A stretch of DNA of 58,252 nucleotides, taken from Eledone cirrhosa. Lineage: Eukaryota. The stretch spans positions 1 through 58,252 of the forward strand of contig CAXHJY010001416.1 of NCBI GenBank assembly GCA_964016885.1, written 5' to 3'. Under the pieces are notes generated by a model. The model was given only the letters and a program-made list of their open reading frames with translations. It was not told the DNA's origin and ran no database searches. Position 1 is the stretch's first letter; every line of letters begins with the position of its first letter. The translations under genes were made by a program, and so were the position numbers. Shown here one piece after another: positions 44,207-58,252 of this stretch.

Positions 44207-45347
44207 AACCATCAGTAGAAATATATACGCAGCTAAATTTTAGTAAAAGATGACAGATTGCTTTTTTAAAAGGAAGGCTTCATTGGAACATGTGAAACAT
44301 ACTGGATGGTCACGGTTGGATAGTCACGACTGGATCCCCTTTGATGATAGGTCAACGTGATCAGAGGTAAACTAGAGCTAAACAACAATGATAGGGATGA
44401 AACGACAACAACAATAACATCAACAACGAATACAACAACCAAAAACAAACAGATTAAAGTATATATGTACTTGATAATGAAGTTGTTGTTGGTCAGATAA
44501 TGGAGTTTCCTTTACACGATAATGAAGTTTTACGACTTGATAATGGAGACGTTTTTTTAAATAGATAATGGTGCGTCGCTATGTTGACTATGTTGTTGTT
44601 GTTGTTGTTGTTGTTGTTATCCCGACATCCATTGCTCTACCATCACCATCACAATCATCATCACAACTTTTATCATCATCATTACCACCACCATTCTCAC
44701 CATCACCATCATCATCACCACTGTCATCATCACCATCCCCACCATCCTCACCATCACCACCACCACCACCATCACCACCACCACCTCACCATCACCACCA
44801 CCACCATCACCACCACCACCTCACCACCACCACCACCACCACCACCACCACCACCACCATGTCAACGATGATGATGATATTCCAGGCTAGATATTATTAG
44901 TACTTGCTTGTTTGTCATAATGGAATTTCACACTATGTAAATGGTATTGTTTAGCTGAACACTATCGATGTTTGATGACCGTATCGATCTGTTGACATAA
45001 TTTAAAAGGCAGTTGATTGATAAAGATGATGAAGTTGTTTACTAAACTATCTAGCTGTTAATTGGATTAGGGGGGCGGAGGTGGGGAAGATGGGGGCGGA
45101 GGTGGGAGATGTGGAGGTAGGGGGTGGGGGAGGAGGTGGTGGTGGGAGAGATGAGGTGGTGGAGATGGGGAGGTGGTGGTGGAGGAGATGGGGAGCTGGT
45201 GGTGGGGGAGAGATGGGGTGGTGGAGATGGGGAGGTGGTGGTGGGGGAGCTGGTGTTGGGGGAGATGGATATGTTTACAACAACAATAATATTAACAACC
45301 ATAACAACATGATTTGTTAACTTCATGTTAGTGTGTGTGTGTGTGCG

Positions 45348-45380
<33 letters not shown>

Positions 45381-45970
45381 TTAAGTATGATGTACGTGTG
45401 TGTGTAGGTACATATATATATATGTGTGTGTGTGTGTGTGTAGGTATGTGTTTATGTATGATGTTATAGTGTATGTGTCGGTATGTAATATATATATATA
45501 TATATATATAATGTGTGTGTGTATGTACGTGTGTACGCATATATATATGTGTGTGTGTATGTACGAGGGTACGTACGTATATATATATATATGTGTGTGT
45601 GTGTGTAGGTATGTCTTTATGTATGATGGATGTGTGTGTGTGTGCAGTTACGTACGTACATCTCTAATGTACATACAGTCCTCTTTCTCTCTCCCTCTGC
45701 GTGTGTGTGTTTACGTATGAGTGTGTGTGTATGTGTTTAATATGAGTGTGTGTATGTATATATATATATATATATATCTGTCTGTGTGTCTTTTTCTCTA
45801 TGTAACTACTTTCCCTATCATGCACAAAAAAAAAAAACAGTGGATCCTCCGTCGATTGCGAAGATGATAAAATCATTGGCTCGATCAACAGAATTACAGA
45901 CTCGCAGAATTATGAGAGAACTTATGGTGATAAATTAAGTAAGAGAAAGATATATATATATATATATATA

Positions 45971-46172
45971 TAGGAACGAGTAGGACCCCGACGGCTGAGC
46001 TCAAGCCGTTTCGACGGCTAATTCTGGACTTTTTAGTCCAGAATTAGCCGTCGAAACGGCTTGAGCTCAGCTGTCGGGGTCCTACTTGTTCCTATTACCC
46101 ACTCTACTACCCTAAGTATTGAGTACTTTGGTGCCTTATGGTCCATCTGGTTCCTTACCACATTTCCTTCGT

Positions 46173-46174
<2 letters not shown>
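45971..46174 (+). mobile_element. Fold-back family F1 (subfamily GGAACGAGTAGG)
   Basis: Arms meet at CTGGACT-TTTT-AGTCCAG. Full tail, in (TA)n. Confidence 0.9.
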
Positions 46175-46212
<38 letters not shown>

Positions 46213-46402
46213 AACATTTTTCCGCTTCCGACCTGTCCCTTTAATCTTTCTAATTTCTTTTCTTTTCTTCTGATGAAGGAGTAGCATCCGAAACATCCGG
46301 AGGAGCATCCGAAAGACCCTCTTCCTGCTATTTCAAGCGTTAAACTATTATATTCCTTCCATATACTGTACTGATTGTGTTGTTATTTCTGTTTACCTTT
46401 TA
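46213..46402 (+). mobile_element. Penelope-type pLTR relic with an HHR core at 46270-46294
   Basis: Pyrimidine-rich leader, then CTGATGA-A-GGA GTAGCA TCC-GAAAC. The 3' side is disrupted by a local duplication of GCATCCGAAA. Confidence 0.6.
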
Positions 46403-47051
46403 CATACATTCACACACACACATATATATTATACATATATATATATATATATGTGTGTGTGCGTATGTACATAAATATAATATACATTTTACCATCCATT
46501 ACACAATTATCAAGGATCAAAGAAAGGATGAGCCGAATTGAAACAATCTAGAGGTGTAGATCTGTCTTAGCTTCATTTTGACAGACATCATAGTATAGTG
46601 ATGTAGCAACGAGAAATGTTTGTGGGATGTGGCAACCATTTTGTTTTTTTGAAATATCTGTGTCGAACGCTTAACATTTCGTTACATCAAATGCCTTTAC
46701 TAGAACACATCGTTTTATTTGGTCGTCCATTTTCTATAGAAACCAAAGAATTAGCTACAGGAATAGAAATGAACTCGGAATTGTTGGTGCTGCCAATATT
46801 TTAAATATTATTATTATTATCATCGTCATTATTATTATTGTCAATTTCAGGATTTTAATCTGGGATCAAAATGCCGAATGTGTTACTAAGTGACAGTTAA
46901 TTCAATTAGACGCCAGAATCATATCTTCGACTATAAAATTAAATTTTATGGGCAATAAATATTTTTCTTTCTCCTTCTCTCTCTCTCTCTTTATCTCGAT
47001 CACTTCTGTTGAGTCATTGAGACGAAATCTGAACTGAAGAGCCAGAGAATG

Positions 47052-47106
<55 letters not shown>

Positions 47107-47339
47107 TAATAGATAGATAAGAATGCTTATGTCACTATACATTTATGTATATATATATATATAATGTGTTTAGAGATTAAATGCTGACTCCAAATATTGA
47201 AAGGAAATATAAAAAAAAACACCAACTTTGCATCAATTGTCCTCATTTCAATGTATTTGTTGTAATGGAAATAATATTTTTTCTATATGACAATGTCACA
47301 ACAGTAAACCCAACCCACAGATATATATATATATAATAC

Positions 47340-47381
<42 letters not shown>

Positions 47382-47397
47382 TATATATATATAATAT

Positions 47398-47500
<103 letters not shown>

Positions 47501-47536
47501 TACATATATATATATATAATATATATACATATATAT

Positions 47537-47586
<50 letters not shown>

Positions 47587-48236
47587 ATGTATATAACCAA
47601 CGAATACACACACACACATATATATATACCCCCCCCCATATACAGACACACAAAATCAACAAAAATATATAATAAATAAACTACAATTAGAAAACATATA
47701 TATATGTGTGTGTGTGTATGTATGTGAAACATACTGTTTGTGTGTGTGTGTATATATCTATATATATGTATGTATGTGAGAGTGGATAGCTGTATATATA
47801 TATATATAAAACACGAAAAGTGGGAATGAAAATATATAAATACAAAACAAACAAAGAAAACAACAAGAACAAGAACAAAACAATGAAAGAGAGACAGACA
47901 GACAGAGAGACAGACAGACAGACGAAAGAGGAAACGGGGTGAATGAGAGGAAAAAAGAGATGACAAAGTAGTTTTGAACGGATTAACGATGAATGTTGAT
48001 CAGCTGTCAACATTGAACCAGTTTAGCAAAGCGTGATGGCTCTATAGTACAGCTTTCACACATACACACACACACTGACGCACATACATGTACACAGACG
48101 CACACACAGACGCATGTACACATGTATACGCACGCATACACACTCACATGCATGCACATTCACACTCACACACGCACTCACATGCACATACTCACACATG
48201 TTCACACACTCACACACGCATATATATATATATATA

Positions 48237-48430
48237 TAGGAAAAAGTATGACCCCAACGGCAGAGCTCAAGCCGTTTCGACGGCTATTTCTGGACTGAAA
48301 TAGCCGTCGAAACGGCTTGAGCTCTGCCGTTGGGGTCATACTTTTTCCTATTTCCCACTCTACTACCCTAAGTATTGAGTACTCTGGTGCGTTATGGTCC
48401 ACCTGGTTCCTTACCACAATTCCTTTGTTA
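48237..48430 (+). mobile_element. Fold-back family F1, best-preserved copy
   Basis: Perfect approximately 53-bp arms around the loop TGGACT. Tail ends CCTTTGTT|ATAT. Confidence 0.9.
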
Positions 48431-48475
48431 TATATATATATATACATATACATACATATATATATATATACATAC

Positions 48476-48589
<114 letters not shown>

Positions 48590-48901
48590 CAAGGACGACT
48601 GGTTCATTACGTTTATGGGTTGGTGATGCGCGTTTCGTTACTGCTCAGCTCAAGGTTCGATCTGTATCGATCTAGCCCGACTCTGGAATCAAAAGCTCGT
48701 CGTACCTCTGTGGTAGTAATGACAGAATGGATAAACATGGCGTACAAAAAGTCTAACGTTGGTCAGTTTAAGTTGTTTTGATTGGTGGATCATTACGTGG
48801 AATGTGTTCGACTGTAATAATTACACACCCTGTTTATATGAGCGTGAATTTAATAAACATTTATCGTACTGCCTCTCTGTTCTGTCCCTGTTCAATTTTT
48901 C

Positions 48902-48965
<64 letters not shown>

Positions 48966-48977
48966 TATAGATATATA

Positions 48978-49035
48978 TAGAAATGGCTTCTATGGGACTA
49001 GAATTGTTTCTTTGGAAAGAAATGATCAAGAAAGC
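48978..49035. mobile_element. Family F6 arm
   Basis: TAGAAATGGCTTCTATGGGACTAGAATTGTTTC is homologous to both arms of 53707-53793. Confidence 0.65.
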
Positions 49036-49342
49036 CCTCGTATATAGGACTTTGTATATAGGGGTTTGTTGTTTCCTGTTTTTTTTCGCTGTTTCTTTTT
49101 CGTTTTTCTCTTTTCTACCCTCTTCCCTTCTGTTATTATATATTTTCTTTCTCTCTCTCCCTTTTCCCCCCAATAACTTACCTTCATTATTGACGCACTG
49201 GGGTAAGATATCTTGTCTTTAGTACGTAGAAATACCCATGATCCCCAGCAGACAACTGATGAAGGAAAACTTTCTCCCGTTCATGTTTTATTCTTATTTT
49301 TAAGTATACCTTATCCAGCAACTACATGGCCCCTCTCTTCTT

Positions 49343-49749
<407 letters not shown>

Positions 49750-50448
49750 ATATATGTGTGTGTGTATATATATATATATATGATTTCTTTGTAGCTTCTG
49801 ATCACGTTCACACCCTGAGGCCAGTTCTTGTTAAATCTGGTACCACGTGATGAGACCTTGAACAATAGGGTTATGAAACACACTTCCTTAACCACGCAGC
49901 TACACCAGTACCAGTTTTCTACTGGGGGGAAGCAACTCCTTCGTCTAACGATTTCCACCTAATTCTTCCTAGATACTTTTTCAAAAAGTATAATTCTAAA
50001 ATAATTATGTGTATATATATGTATTTACTGATGCGTGTAGTTGTGTGTGTGTGTGTGTCAAAGAGGTGTGCCTGTGTATGTGTATGAAAGACGCTTCTGC
50101 GTGATTGTGTGTGTGCAGAAGATGTGTGTGTGTGTGTGTGTGAACGGCGTATGTGTACGTGTAAGAGATGCGTGTGAGGGTTTGTTTATGAAGACGTGTG
50201 TGTGTGTGAGTGCTTCCCTTATAGTGTTTTTACGTGTGTGTAAAAGTCCTTAGGTTTATGAATAATTAATTTCATCTGATTAATCGATAGAAGAAATTGC
50301 TAAATCGATAATCATATTTACAGAGAGATCGATAGATGATAAACACTTCAATTAATTTGGCTACAATATATATAATAGATCGATAAGAAGAAATCTTGGT
50401 CAAAATGTTGATCGATTTGTTCAACACACTCACACAAACACACACACA

Positions 50449-50532
<84 letters not shown>

Positions 50533-50533
<1 letters not shown>

Positions 50534-50930
50534 GAAGTAACGTTACTCGATAGAGTGCGTAGCTCGGAGATCAGAAAGTCACTCCAGGTAAAGCCGCTAC
50601 TTCTGGGCCGGATTTAAGGAGTGGGAGGGCAAAGGGGGCATTTCCCCGGGTCCCCTGCAGTGAAAGACCCACCAATGACGGCCGTAGCAATACCTGTATG
50701 TTTAACTTTTCAATTCCAATTACTTGCACCAAGCTAACTTTGATATGTAAAATTGGGGGGTTTGCTGTGTATTTTAATTCTTTGTGTATGAGGCCTCCTC
50801 CCAAAAAATTTGAAGTGCACTGGGCTCCCCAAGTTCTAAATCCAACTCTGTCTACACCCCAGTCTGAGTGGTGATTCGACCATACCCCGCAGACAGAATG
50901 ATGAAAGCATTACCACAGAGAATGGCCAGT
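50533..50930 (+). pseudogene. RTE-clade LINE ORF fragment, interrupted by a MITE
   Basis: The translation EVTLLDRVRSSEIRKSLQVKPLL matches the post-RT motif of RTE/Expander LINEs (LxDRVRSSxIRxxLxVEPLLL). The part after the MITE is decayed. Confidence 0.6.
50603..50850. mobile_element. hAT (Tip100/MER91-like) MITE
   Basis: Imperfect TIRs CTGGGCCGGATTTA and TAAATCCAACTCTG, with GGGCCC-type subterminal motifs. The TSD is unclear. Confidence 0.65.
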
Positions 50931-51284
50931 GACACGTGCTGTAACATTCACCCAGACTCTCCAGAGCTACTTCAATGTATTTTGAATATATTTCCTCTGA
51001 CGTTTTAACCATTCAGTCTATATTAGTGACCCGTTTAATAAGAACCGGGCCAAACACGGCTCTTGTTCTGAGAAAACAAACCCCAAACCTCTCATTTTTT
51101 TGAAAGAGTTCTTGTTCTTATTTAAGCGTATATTTATAACGTATTCGAGAGTTTTATATCGGATAATAATAATATTCGATTCATTTGCAAGCAAACAGCC
51201 TCACTACGCTATGTCTTTTAGACAACTATCGCCATCGTTTTAGTCTCGCAAACGAATCGAATATTATTATTATTCGATATAAAA

Positions 51285-51502
51285 AGGCGGTGGATTGGCA
51301 GTATCGGTAGAGAGTCGGTCACCATGCTTTTCAGCAAAGAGTTACGGCCCTTTACAGTCTGAGTTCAAATCCCGCCGAGATTAACTTTGCCTTTCATCCT
51401 TACAGAGTCGATAAAATAAAGTACCAGTCACGCACTCGGGTCGATTTAATCGACTTTCTCCTCCTCCCAAAATATGCTGGCCTTGGGCCTATATAAGAAA
51501 TC
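51285..51502 (+). mobile_element. Full-length SINE family S1 with a 19-bp TSD
   Basis: TSD ATTATTATTCGATATAAAA at 51266-51284 and 51503-51521. B box GAGTTCAAATCCC. Confidence 0.92.
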
Positions 51503-51727
51503 ATTATTATTCGATATAAAATTCACGAATACATTTACGTGTCCGAAATGTGGGAGAAAAAATATATTTTGTTTTCTCTCATATAAACTTATTTACAATT
51601 ACAAACTAGGGAGGACCTCTAGTTTGTCGCAATCTTGAAGATTCGTGCACACTTAATGACCTTAACACTCCAGACAAGGCTCTGTCTCCAACACTGGATG
51701 GATGTCGTGTAGCGACTTGATAACAAT

Positions 51728-51946
51728 GATTTCTACTATAGGCACAAGGTCAGTAATTTGGGGGAGAGGAAAGTCGATTAAATCGACCCCAGTGCGTGAC
51801 TGGTACTTTATTTTATCGACCCCGTAAGGATGAAAGGCAAAGTTAACCTCGGCGGGATTTAAACGCAGATCATAAAGGGCCGTAACTCTGTGCTGCAAAG
51901 CACGGTGCACGGTGTCCGACTCTCTACCGATACTACCAATCAACCT
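51728..51946 (-). mobile_element. Full-length SINE family S1 with a 15-bp TSD
   Basis: TSD CGACTTGATAA(C/T)AAT at 51713-51727 and 51947-51961. Confidence 0.92.
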
Positions 51947-51970
51947 CGACTTGATAATAATAAGAATATA

Positions 51971-52030
51971 TCAAGGGCGGTGCCCCAGCATGGCCTCAGC
52001 CAGATGGTTGGAACAGGTAAAAGAGTAAAT
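51971..52030 (+). mobile_element. 3' tail of SINE family S3
   Basis: CAAGGGCGGTGCCCCAGCATGGCC...AACAGGTAAAAG. The same motif occurs at 26539-26563 and near 58115-58160. Confidence 0.7.
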
Positions 52031-52148
52031 AAACTTATATAACAACTATATGTTAAGTTACAATCTTAGTTATGAAATAATAATTTTAGTAAATCACTAA
52101 ACATTATTAATTAATTAATTAAAACAAAGTGTATTTAATAGGGGTAGG

Positions 52149-52426
52149 TTTAACATTTTTAATGGTATTAGAATGAAATAGTATGGTAGAATATTAAATG
52201 TTAAGTGTTAATTGAACAAGTACTTTCATGCTTTCGCAATATTCAGGTTCATATTGTGTGGTGACAGTCAAGTTTGCAATTTTCACAGTTGAAAATTGCA
52301 AACTTGACTGTCACCACACAATATGAACCTGAAGATTTCGAAAGCATGAAAGTACTTGTTCAATTAACACTTAACATTTAATATTCTACCATACTATTTC
52401 ATTCTAATACCTTTAAAAATTTTAAA
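52149..52426. mobile_element. Fold-back family F7: near-perfect inverted repeat (about 137-bp arms, 4-nt loop) with a minimal HHR-like motif
   Basis: Loop CAGT at 52286-52289. The right arm reads TGAAC-CTGAAGA-TTTC-GAAA-GCATGAAAGTAC-TT-GTTCA (52324-52362). Confidence 0.85.
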
Positions 52427-52509
52427 GGATTGTAAATAAAACGAGTAAATCAGACAAAGTTGGAATTCCTTTTATTAATATAATCTTCTATACACAATCA
52501 TACACACCC

Positions 52510-52574
<65 letters not shown>

Positions 52575-52592
52575 TATATACATATATATATA

Positions 52593-52667
<75 letters not shown>

Positions 52668-52873
52668 GTATATATATATATTTATATATGTGTATATAAA
52701 TATGTATATATATATATTTAATTATGTGTATATATATATATTTATATGTGTTTATATATATATTTATATATATGTATATATATATTTATATATATTTATA
52801 TATATATATATGTATAAATATATGTATATATATATTTATGTATATGTATATATATATATGTTTATATATATAT

Positions 52874-52911
<38 letters not shown>

Positions 52912-52967
52912 TTATTTATATATATATATACGTTTATATATATATATGTTTATATATTTATATATAT

Positions 52968-53020
<53 letters not shown>

Positions 53021-53503
53021 GGATATATTTATGATATATACACACACATATACATACATATATACATACATACAGATGACGTTATTGTTTATTTCTCAGC
53101 TGACTAATACTCTGTCTGACAACCTGTTACAACATTCTTTCACTTTACAGAGTCATCCGTGATAATTTAGCTTCGTAGACAGAACTCTTGTCTATTCTTT
53201 CCAAACTGTGTTCACAGATCCGTGAATTACTTCTTTCATTTTGTATATTTGTTGTTCAGTTCGCTCTCTTTACTAATAATAGGAAGTATAAGATAGGTGA
53301 TATGACATGTTTACGCATATTAAACATAAATGGGTCGCGCTGTGGATATTTTTAAGCGGTGATCATGTCACACCTATCTCAGTAGACGGTGAGAATGTCA
53401 AACTGGTGTTTAAAGATTTTTATTCGTCATCGGTAATCAGTGACTGAGACAAGAATAAACTAAATCTTATATGTTTTATTGTCTTTGAAATATTGGCTGC
53501 AGA

Positions 53504-53568
<65 letters not shown>

Positions 53569-53644
53569 AGGAGTTGATGGACCCACCATATTTATCAATG
53601 CCAGGACAGGTTGTATCTCAGCGTACCCCATGGGCAATGTAAGA

Positions 53645-53706
<62 letters not shown>

Positions 53707-53711
<5 letters not shown>

Positions 53712-53793
53712 GGCTTTTAGAGGACAGAACTGTTTCCTTCGAAGGAAATAATCATCGAATAAAAGAGTTCTAGTCCTGTAGAAGCCATTTCTA
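53707..53793. mobile_element. Fold-back family F6
   Basis: AAATGGCTT...AGAACT and AGTTCTAG...AAGCCATTT form an inverted pair. The minus strand has CGATGA...GAAA-CAG TT CTG-TC. Confidence 0.65.
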
Positions 53794-53880
53794 TATTAAA
53801 AACTGTATACTCTGCTTTGTATTGATTACCTTACTTACTGTGGTTACCCCCGATTGAACCCGACACACACACGCACACGC

Positions 53881-53987
<107 letters not shown>

Positions 53988-54048
53988 CATATATATATAT
54001 ATATATGAATTTTCAATTTCTTGCCCTGTAAAACAAGTGATGTCCTTA

Positions 54049-56041
<1,993 letters not shown>

Positions 56042-56141
56042 ATAATGGTCCGAGGACTCCAAGCTTAAGTTTGGAAGAAACAATTGTCAGCGATTAATTG
56101 ATTTAAACATAACTTTGATACTTGTGTAATATATCTATATA

Positions 56142-56185
<44 letters not shown>

Positions 56186-56231
56186 TATACGTATATACAT
56201 ATACATATATATATACATACACACATACATA

Positions 56232-56323
<92 letters not shown>

Positions 56324-56328
<5 letters not shown>

Positions 56329-56845
56329 TATGAAGAGAGAAGAAACATTTAGATATAATTAGTAATAAAATGTATCATACCTAAACTGCTCCTAAATTCC
56401 TCAATATAAATACGGCCTCGATATAAATACCCCCTCCGCCTCCGTGGTATTTTCTTCGGGGTTATAAGAGGCTTAGCTCTGTTTCTCGACCGTTATATCG
56501 CGTGACTATCTCCCCCTCCGCCTTTTGGGATTCTTTCTCACGTCGTGTAGACGCGTTCTTGAGACTAGTAAAATGAGGTATCCTCTTGATAAGTCGGCAG
56601 ACCTCGCAAGGACTCTATATCTTTATGATATATTGTTTTTGTTTATGCCACGAAACTACGTAGTCGAGGAATTTAGGAGCAGTTTAGGTATGATACATTT
56701 TATTACTAATTATATCTAAATGTTTCTTCTCTCTTCATAATGTATTTTTAACTCTGATACTGGTTCAGTCTAGTTCAACTGAATTGGTCTGTCCCAGTCA
56801 TTCATTGAGCAACATCGGTGAAGTTGGCACCCTTAACTCACAGTT
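56324..56845 (+). mobile_element. Fold-back family F8: perfect 79-bp inverted repeat, 263-bp spacer and 3' tail
   Basis: Arms at 56324-56402 and 56666-56744. The left arm abuts (TA)n. The tail end is approximate. Confidence 0.85.
56581..56670 (+). ncRNA. Type I HHR with a long stem II and a variant core
   Basis: TCCTC-TTGATAA-GTcGGCA...TGCCAC-GAAA-CTACGTAG-TC-GAGGA. All three stems pair, stem III is palindromic and the site is GUC. The core differs from CTGATGA at two positions. Confidence 0.7.
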
Positions 56846-56903
56846 GGGTGCGGATGCATTCATGTATATATGTGTGTGTCCGCATGTATCTGTGTGTTTC
56901 TAA

Positions 56904-57119
<216 letters not shown>

Positions 57120-57224
57120 GTATATGTACGTATGTATATGAAACAATCAAAATGTCAATGTGATCTTTACTATTTTGTGGTCGTTGCGAATTAGATCACT
57201 GAACTGCCAGAGAGCAAATCTATC

Positions 57225-57630
57225 AGGACATGTTATATTTTCAACAGTTAAACTATGGAACAAAATCAATGAGACAATCAGGGCATGTTACTGTTTTCAA
57301 AAACAATTAAACTATGGAACGAAATCAATGACACAATCAGAATATTTAACATAACTAAATAAATTGCAATTTTGATATGGATCGAAATCGAGAATATAAT
57401 TATAATATTACATACTGGAGTGTTACGCTTTTAAAAAGCTCATCTATGGAAGGCAATCGAAGACATAAGCACATGTTTAACAACAAAATTACTTTGAATG
57501 TTAAGGTAGCTTCAATAACAATCAGCATGGAACGAAATTGCAAACATAATTAAAATGGTAAACACAAAATAAATTAATGTGTTACTCTTTAAACAGTCTT
57601 AACTATTGAACGAAATCTATAACATAAGAA
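57225..57630. repeat. Degenerate tandem repeat of about 59-75 bp (AACAGTTAAACTATGGAACGAAATCAATGA...)
   Basis: The ATGGAACGAAATC-like core recurs about 6 times. The first two units are 59 bp apart. Confidence 0.7.
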
Positions 57631-57698
57631 AACTATATTACGTAGATCGATAGATTAACGCATAAAAGGTGGAATATTTTTGACTTCTGTCAGTAATG

Positions 57699-57845
57699 AA
57701 TGATTTCTATTTTAGGCACAAGACATGCAATTTTTGGAGAAAGAATAAAAAATCGATTAGACCGACTACAGTGCGTTAGTGGTCCTTTATTTTATCAACC
57801 CTTAAAGGATTAAAGGCAAAGGTAACCTCGGTAGGATTTGAACCC
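57699..57845 (-). mobile_element. S1-related SINE, head missing
   Basis: TTTATTTTATCAACCC...AAAGGCAAAGGTAACCTCGGTAGGATTTGAACC. Confidence 0.8.
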
Positions 57846-57849
57846 CTTC

Positions 57850-58165
57850 TACGTGGTTTGGGGTTCAGTTTCACTGTATTCTACCTTAGAAAAATATCGT
57901 CTACTATATAGCCTCAGGCTGGCTGGTTGATGTCTTGTGAGTGATATTTGGTAGATGAAAACTATGCGGAAGTCTGTGTATAAACCCGTGTAAGTGTGCC
58001 CTTCTTCGTGTTTATAATTATGTCCCTGAACAGAGAGGTTGGTCACATAGAGATCGATAAGTACCACACTTGAAAACAGTTATGGGGTCAATATAATCGA
58101 CGTAATCCCGTGAAGTCGGTGCCCCAGAATGGCCTCATTTTATTCACTAAAACAAATAAAATATC
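57850..58165 (+). mobile_element. Old SINE family S3 (Octopus-type, recognised from memory)
   Basis: GGGTTCAGTTTCACTG...CTTGTGAGTGATATTTGGTAGA...GATAAGTACCA...GGTGCCCCAGAATGGCC. Confidence 0.7.
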
Positions 58166-58252
58166 AAGACCAAAAGAATATACATACATACATATATTAT
58201 CCATGTTTTGTATGTTATACATTTTGTACTCTCTCTCTCTCTCTCTCTCTCT

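Noticed and set aside
45070-45265. Functional G-quadruplex region (also 20460-20640 and poly-C 9627-9672)
   Set aside because: The G-runs arise from degenerate (GGT)n repeats. Folding is possible but nothing supports a function.
48625-48660. Minus-strand CTGAGCA-GTAAC-GAAA-CGCG HHR-like motif
   Set aside because: The core and NUH are both mutated and there is no stem I.
49256-49290. HHR at CTGATGAAGGAAAACTTTCT
   Set aside because: There is no GAAA-stem III-NUH after the putative stem II. At best it is a decayed relic.

Overview
This is AT-rich, microsatellite-saturated eukaryotic DNA. It is most likely intronic or intergenic sequence from an Octopus-type cephalopod, judged from SINE families I recognise from memory. 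I can support no protein-coding gene; almost every ORF in the track is a translation of (TA)n, (CA)n, (GA)n or (GGT)n repeats. The unique-looking islands between repeats are mobile-element relics: tRNA-derived SINEs (several with clear TSDs), a non-autonomous Helitron, a hAT-like MITE inside an RTE LINE fragment, and Tc1/mariner ends. The main signal is a community of at least 7-8 unrelated families of short elements (about 90-500 bp), most embedded in (TA)n. They carry complete, degenerate or half type I hammerhead ribozymes (HHRs), and many fold back into long DNA palindromes. The shared layout is (TA)n - inverted arm - junction - forward arm - unique tail - (TA)n. In several families the fold-back junction maps to a ribozyme landmark: the cleavage site, the stem II loop or the start of the catalytic core. 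This best fits microsatellite-targeting Penelope-like retroelement pseudo-LTRs or their non-autonomous, retrozyme-like derivatives. All alignments and folds were done by eye.
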